Part shown: piece after piece, positions 58,802 through 64,000 of the stretch
Numbering within the stretch: the first letter of the stretch is position 1
How the letters are laid out: every line of letters begins with the position of its first letter
Assembly (NCBI GenBank): GCA_964518475.1
Contig: CAZFGR010000002.1
Span: 32,001 to 96,000 of the forward strand
Direction of reading: 5' to 3'
Length of the DNA stretch: 64,000 nucleotides
DNA from: an uncultured Nitrososphaerota archaeon
GTDB lineage: Archaea; Asgardarchaeota; Njordarchaeia; Njordarchaeales; Njordarchaeaceae
The notes under the pieces: model-generated
The model's database searches: none
Told to the model about the DNA's origin: nothing
What the model saw: only the letters and a program-made list of their open reading frames with translations
Program-made: the position numbers and the translations under genes

Positions 58802-60125
58802 GGCCTTAGTTAATATGATTAAAAAAGAGTTAAGGGAGATTTTTCGCGATCCAAGGCTGTTCATTGGGATGATCCTTATTCCCCTGCTCATGTTCCCTAT
58901 AATGGGCGTAGCGATGCGTGGATTTATGAGCGAAACTGTTCAGCAAAGCTATAAGCAAGTCAATATTGGGGTACTGAACCTTGATAACGGATCTCTAGCC
59001 TCCGAGATACTCAATTCTCCAGAATTCATTATCGCTCTGGATCAATACAACATAAGTGTCACACTCTTGAATAATCTGGGAATAGATACAAGAGACGAAG
59101 CACTGGATTTTGTATCGTTAAACGATTCTATTCCAGCTCTAATCATTATTCCAGAGAATTTCACTTATTGTGCGAATAACCAGATACAGATTATTGTTGA
59201 GGCATACATAGTGATGAAAAAGCTATCCTTTACCATTGGTGATATTGAAAATAGGGTAGCGATATTTGTTAAGGTACTAAGTACTACCGTTTCTTCAGTT
59301 ATCCTTGTTAGTATTAACCCTGATGCGAATCCAATATTCATTCAAAATCCGATTATACCTACCCAAAACATTATCTATGAAGGGAAGATCTTAAAGAATA
59401 TTTCTCCCAGCGCCGTAGTCTCCTTTATAACTTTCCAGATATTCATGATTCCTATGGTTATGATGATCCTCTTAGTAATGGCTATTCAATTCGCTGCAAT
59501 CTCAATAGCTTCTGAGAAGGAACAGAAAACTCTCGAAACTCTGCTCTCATTACCTGTTGATCGTTCTATTATCTTACTAGGGAAGCTTACTGGAGCATTG
59601 ATTGTGGCTATTGTGGGTACTGTAGGTTACATACTTGGCTTTCAATTCTACATGTCATCTATAACCGAGAATATCCCGACTCAGCAAATATCTCTTGCAG
59701 AATTAGGTCTCGGAATAGATTCTTTTGGCTATACGCTTCTGGCTATTTCCCTTTTCCTATCTCTCCTATCCACATTATCCCTCGTAACAATAATAGCGGC
59801 GTTTGCAGAGGATGTCCGATCGGCTCAATCACTCACTGGTGTTTTGATACTTCCAATAACGCTAATAGCTTTGTTCTCAATGTTCGGTATAATGTTCGGC
59901 TCCCTAGGTTGGTGGGTCTATATACTGTTATTCATCCCGTTCACAAACCCTATGGTAACACCGTTATTCGTAATTAATAAGGAGTATGTACCAGTTATTA
60001 CAGGATTAGTAGCGCTTGTCCTTGAAACGATCATCTCTATAAAGGTTGCAGCCATATTCTATGGCTCTGAAAAAATCTTACTAGTTAGGCTAAGACTAGG
60101 AAGGAGGAGGAGCAGAGAGGAATAA
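58794..60125 (+). CDS. ABC-2 exporter permease (NatB-like)
   Basis: KKELREIFRD, SIASEKEQKTLETLLSLP, LLGKL. Confidence 0.9.
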   Translation: MPRALVNMIKKELREIFRDPRLFIGMILIPLLMFPIMGVAMRGFMSETVQQSYKQVNIGVLNLDNGSLASEILNSPEFIIALDQYNISVTLLNNLGIDTRDEALDFVSLNDSIPALIIIPENFTYCANNQIQIIVEAYIVMKKLSFTIGDIENRVAIFVKVLSTTVSSVILVSINPDANPIFIQNPIIPTQNIIYEGKILKNISPSAVVSFITFQIFMIPMVMMILLVMAIQFAAISIASEKEQKTLETLLSLPVDRSIILLGKLTGALIVAIVGTVGYILGFQFYMSSITENIPTQQISLAELGLGIDSFGYTLLAISLFLSLLSTLSLVTIIAAFAEDVRSAQSLTGVLILPITLIALFSMFGIMFGSLGWWVYILLFIPFTNPMVTPLFVINKEYVPVITGLVALVLETIISIKVAAIFYGSEKILLVRLRLGRRRSREE

Positions 60126-60266
60126 GGAAACATTTCTCTGGAACCACTCGGGAAAAAGTAAGTGAAAATGTAGGAAGCATTTGAGGAGTTACTGTGCAGA
60201 TAATACTTTTATTAATTTTTTTGGAATAGTTACTGGTTCCATATCTATAGTTAATAGGGTATTGAG

Positions 60267-61034
60267 ATGCAAGGAATTATAGAGAACCTCTATTCTCTGA
60301 TAGCTCAGTATCCATGGATAATAGATATCCTAAAGCTATTGACCGTGTTAATTATAATTATTATCCTAGATCGTTACGTTGCCAGGAAATCTAGATTAAT
60401 CGCGGAGAAGCTGGAATTATCTGTAGGAACTGTCAAGGGTATAATAACTCTCTTTAGGTTCGTTCTAGTAATTTTGTTTGTTCTAGTATTAGCAACTACG
60501 CAACTCATTCCTCCTGAGTACTTCGTTGGAGCAAGCGCGTTAGTAGGTACTGCTGTAGGTTTTGGTCTTTCCAGATTTCTATCTGATTACATATCCGGCC
60601 TCTACGTTCTTTTGTCGGGAGCCTTCAAGATAGGTGATTATGTACGTGTAGATAATGAGGAGGGCGTAGTTGTTGACATGACTACTAGTCATACAAAAAT
60701 AAGGCGACCGGATGGTTCAGTTATCGCTATCGCTAATAGTGCTTTAGCTGGAAAGTCTATCCTGAATTACAGAGTTGAGGAGAATGAATCTGTTTACTAT
60801 GTCTATACAATCAGAGTTTCCTATGACTTAGGTAAGTATGGAGAAAACGCGGAACAAATAATAGAGGATTTCGCTAAGGAGTATCGTGAAAAAGGTATCG
60901 ATATTTCCTATTCCATGGTCTCATTAACAAGATTAGAGGCAGTATTTGACATTACAATTAAAGTGAAAGATCCTATGGAAATCCCGAAACTCCGCTCCGA
61001 GATTCTCCTACGACTATTAAGAAGCTCCACATAA
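60267..61034 (+). CDS. MscS small mechanosensitive channel family protein
   Basis: AVGFG, FKIGDYV, EGVV, IANS. Confidence 0.85.
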   Translation: MQGIIENLYSLIAQYPWIIDILKLLTVLIIIIILDRYVARKSRLIAEKLELSVGTVKGIITLFRFVLVILFVLVLATTQLIPPEYFVGASALVGTAVGFGLSRFLSDYISGLYVLLSGAFKIGDYVRVDNEEGVVVDMTTSHTKIRRPDGSVIAIANSALAGKSILNYRVEENESVYYVYTIRVSYDLGKYGENAEQIIEDFAKEYREKGIDISYSMVSLTRLEAVFDITIKVKDPMEIPKLRSEILLRLLRSST

Positions 61035-61112
61035 ATTTTTTCCTCATACAATGATTTTGACGGATTAGGAAATACCTTATGCTTATTAATGAGTTTTTCA
61101 GTGGTTCATTAG

Positions 61113-61964
61113 TCATTGCGTGTTCAATTCCATTACGAGGGTCTCGTCAATTTCGAAGATGTCTTTCTGAGCTAGTACGGATAGGAAGGGGTAATTCTTT
61201 GGAAAAACGAATCCTATGGTAGTATTTGGTCTAGTATTCTTTTCTTTCTCTAAATAACTTGCCAGAATTTGTAGATCCTCGAATTTTTCAGCATTAATGA
61301 ATCCTACAGGTAAATAATGTTCCCCATTTGGAGGAATAAGGGCCGTTAAATTTTCTCTACAAATAATAGCTCTAATCCTATTATTCCTCATCAATTCCGC
61401 TAAGATTCTTTTATTAAGTCTTATCCATTGCCACCGAATAGGTATTAGCCCCTGAGCAATCCGGAACATCTCAGAGTTAGAAACTTTATCCCATATAGTA
61501 TCTGGATTCGAGATTTCTCTACACTCGCACTCCTTAGCATCTAGAAGACTCTCTATTTTTGTTTCTAGGGAAACCCATCTAGCTACTTCTTCGAAACCGA
61601 GTTTCCTAGCAAGGTTAATTGATGGTTTGTTCCAAGCCAAAATTGCTACACGGTATACCTTAAAGCCCAACCTGGTCAATTCGGAAATGACATATCTGTT
61701 CAAGTTATAACCGATGCCTTTCCTCCTATATCTAGGATGCACTCTAAGACCTTCAAGCCAAACACATCCATCAGGAAGAAATGTGGCGTGGAGAATTGCT
61801 ACCGGTTTCCCGTCAACCTCAGCAACAAATAACTTCCCCTATTTATCATATAACCAATCATCCCAAACGTGTTTAATATAGTCTCCCCATTCCCATGTCT
61901 TCTCGGTGAATTTCAGCACAAAATCTTTATCATTAGGTCGAGCTTGCCTAAAAACTATTTTCAT
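61113..61964 (-). CDS. GNAT acetyltransferase with one in-frame TAG at codon 42 (61839-61841): pseudogene or read-through
   Basis: MKIVFRQARPND...TWEWGDYI...WLYDK*GKLFVAEVDG...WLEGLRVHPRYRRKGIG...N..S..L..KLGF in one continuous frame. Confidence 0.8.
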
Positions 61965-62100
61965 CGAACATCCCGGCCACAAAAGGAGAGCCTCCATTAT
62001 TAACTAATCTAAACTATTGGTTGGAAAGTATAAAGTTTAATAAAGATATTGTGGTAGATTGTACTATTGGTTATACATATGGTATTACTTAGTGATACTT

Positions 62101-62352
62101 ATGGTTAAACTAAGGCTAAAAGTGGGCCCTAAAGGTCAGATAATAATCCCTAAACCGTTAAGAGAAGCCTATAATATCAGAGAAGGAGGTACAGTAATTA
62201 TCGAGCCTAGAGAGGATGGGATTTTAATAAAGAGGATGAAGTCTCCAGAAGAATTAGTTCAATGGATTAAAGAGAGGAAAAAGAGAATCAAAGGACTTAT
62301 GGGGAAGCTAGGAGAGTTGGCTGAGGTTGATTTGGAAACGGAGTTTGACTGA
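62101..62352 (+). CDS. AbrB/MazE-type antitoxin
   Basis: KVGPKGQIIIPKPLRE; start moved to ATG 62101. Confidence 0.9.
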   Translation: MVKLRLKVGPKGQIIIPKPLREAYNIREGGTVIIEPREDGILIKRMKSPEELVQWIKERKKRIKGLMGKLGELAEVDLETEFD

Positions 62353-62374
62353 TAAATATATCTAGGGTTTTCCT

Positions 62375-62788
62375 ATGAAGCTTTTTGTAGATGCTTCTTT
62401 GCTAATTTATCTAAATATTCCACTCCCACAGGATGCTGAGAATCTTGTTGAGGAGTTCTTCAAGGGGTTATTAGTTAATGAGCTCTACACTAATATATTA
62501 GTGCTTGATGAAGTCATTTGCGTCTCTGAGAAAAAGTACAAGATTGCTAAAAGCGATACGATAGACTTCTTGGATAATGTGGTAATACCTTTTATCAACA
62601 TCCTGCCCCTAAGAGAATTAGAGTATTTTACAGCAAAAAGACATATTATTAAATATAATCTGAACCCTTCAGACGCCATCCACTTAGCAACAATTGATAA
62701 CTACGGATTAAACGCAATCGTAACAGAAGATAAAGACTTCGACAGAACCCATGTAAAGAGATTATGGATAGACACTGCACAGAAATAA
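62375..62788 (+). CDS. VapC PIN toxin
   Basis: FVDAS, VLDE, PSDAIHLA, VTEDKDFD. Confidence 0.92.
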   Translation: MKLFVDASLLIYLNIPLPQDAENLVEEFFKGLLVNELYTNILVLDEVICVSEKKYKIAKSDTIDFLDNVVIPFINILPLRELEYFTAKRHIIKYNLNPSDAIHLATIDNYGLNAIVTEDKDFDRTHVKRLWIDTAQK

Positions 62789-63183
62789 AAGATAATGATT
62801 CCACATTATTGTTTTTCTAATACTTATCTTCCTGTCTACTTTAGCCTTTTAATGTCATTTCTTCTCATTTGTTCTAATACAATCACAAGGTGACATAACT
62901 ATAGTATTCCCCTAGAGACCCCGCACTACAATGTCTTGGAAAAATGCTATACAACCAAGAAGTTAGAACTTAGAAGAGAGGTTAGTCACTCTTGGACACG
63001 AGTAAGAGGCCGGAATTGATTAATAAGATACATTTTAATAATTCTTCTTTCTCAGTATATCTAACAGGAGTCTATATCTCCTAGCATGAGGAGCTCTCGC
63101 CTTTTTAAAGCTCTCTAATATCTTCTAGAATCGAACCTCGTTTGTCATTTTACCCAAAACAATTCGATATATGAGGTGATTGG

Positions 63184-64000
63184 ATGGTATTATATAAAGT
63201 CAGCGTTATAATACCAACATATAATAGATATTACTCGCTAGTTAGATCGCTGAAATCTTTGCTAAAATCAAAGATCCCTCCTAACGAGATTATTGTGGTA
63301 GATGATGGGTCATCAGATAAAAGAATAAAGAAAATCCCCGAAAGATTTCCTACTGTAAGACTTATTCGAAACAGACCTCCGTATGGTCCTCAATACGCTA
63401 GAAACCGAGGATTAAAAGTCGCAAAATCCCCACTTATCGCTTTTTAGACGATGATGGTGTAGTGAAAGATGGTTGGTTAGAGTACATTATTCCTCATTTT
63501 TAGAAATAGATCTGTAGGTATTGTGGGAGGTAGAATAATCCCTTGCTGCAAGTCTAGTGATTTAGCCTCTATATTCTCCTTAAGAACATCTTGGTTTGAG
63601 GATGATAATATTAGGTGGTACTCATATAGTAGGGATTCTCCCATAGAGGTTCCATTTGTGTCAGAAAATGGAATGGTTTTTAGGAGAGAGATTATTGAGA
63701 AAATACCGTATCTAGACCCAGGGTTAACTGGTGATGCTTGGGGAGAATCTATCTCATTTTGTATGCGTGCGCGCGAATTAGGCTATAAAATACTTTTTGA
63801 GCCGCGTGCAATAACGTATCATATCCATAGTTGGAGAGGGGAAACGCATAGATTTAGAAAGTATTCTCCACCAGGTCTTCTTCACAAAAATAGCAATAGA
63901 ATGTACATTTTTTGAGTACCATAAGAAGAAGTGGCAACTTCCATTCTTTATAGGATATCTCATACTAAACGGCTTGATTAATAGTTTTGTATTTAAGGAT
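63184..64000 (+). pseudogene. GT2 family glycosyltransferase with three homopolymer frameshifts (runs off the window end)
   Basis: SVIIPTYN, IIVVDDGS, ARNRG, then AF/LDDD; frameshifts at T-runs 63441-63445, 63497-63501 and 63908-63913. Confidence 0.82.

Noticed and set aside
116-63963. Numerous 60-150 aa ORFs antisense to or overlapping recognised genes (e.g. 1732-2037, 18008-18325, 37925-38377)
   Set aside because: Shadow frames of well-supported genes with no motifs of their own
1-64000. CRISPR array, tRNA or rRNA genes
   Set aside because: No regularly spaced 24-40 bp repeats, and no cloverleaf or long GC-rich structural RNA seen in the intergenic regions
1-64000. Genome-wide TAG reassignment
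   Set aside because: TAG ends many conserved genes at their expected C-termini (purC, purL, purD, iorB, AKR)

Overview
AT-rich archaeal chromosomal segment, probably from a thermophilic TACK/Asgard-type lineage (GGTGA/GAGGTG Shine-Dalgarno motifs, TATA promoters, PurP, PaREP1, a C/D sRNA); the exact taxon cannot be fixed from the sequence. The core is a 15 kb de novo purine locus: a fused guaA divergent from purC-S-Q-L-F-F2-D-T-E-M-P-P2. The shared promoter carries a helically phased array of TTAACA-N6-TGTTAA palindromes. A decaying accessory island follows: an uncharacterised protein coupled to a PaREP1/HEPN protein, a nucleotidyltransferase remnant, IS5-type remnants, and a large secreted protein paired with a membrane-anchored FG-GAP (integrin-like) propeller whose paralog lies inverted about 7.6 kb away. 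The rest encodes peptide and amino-acid catabolism (Pab87-like peptidase, Ala-Glu epimerase, IorAB, thiolase, ADP-forming acyl-CoA synthetase, TldD/PmbA), three ABC exporters, three VapBC pairs, an MNT-HEPN pair with a broken toxin, a large Ig-repeat surface protein, a GNAT gene interrupted by one in-frame TAG, and a frameshifted GT2 glycosyltransferase. A canonical dual-guide C/D-box sRNA lies at 9126-9175. No rRNA, tRNA or CRISPR array was seen. All family calls rest on motif recognition by eye; no searches were run.
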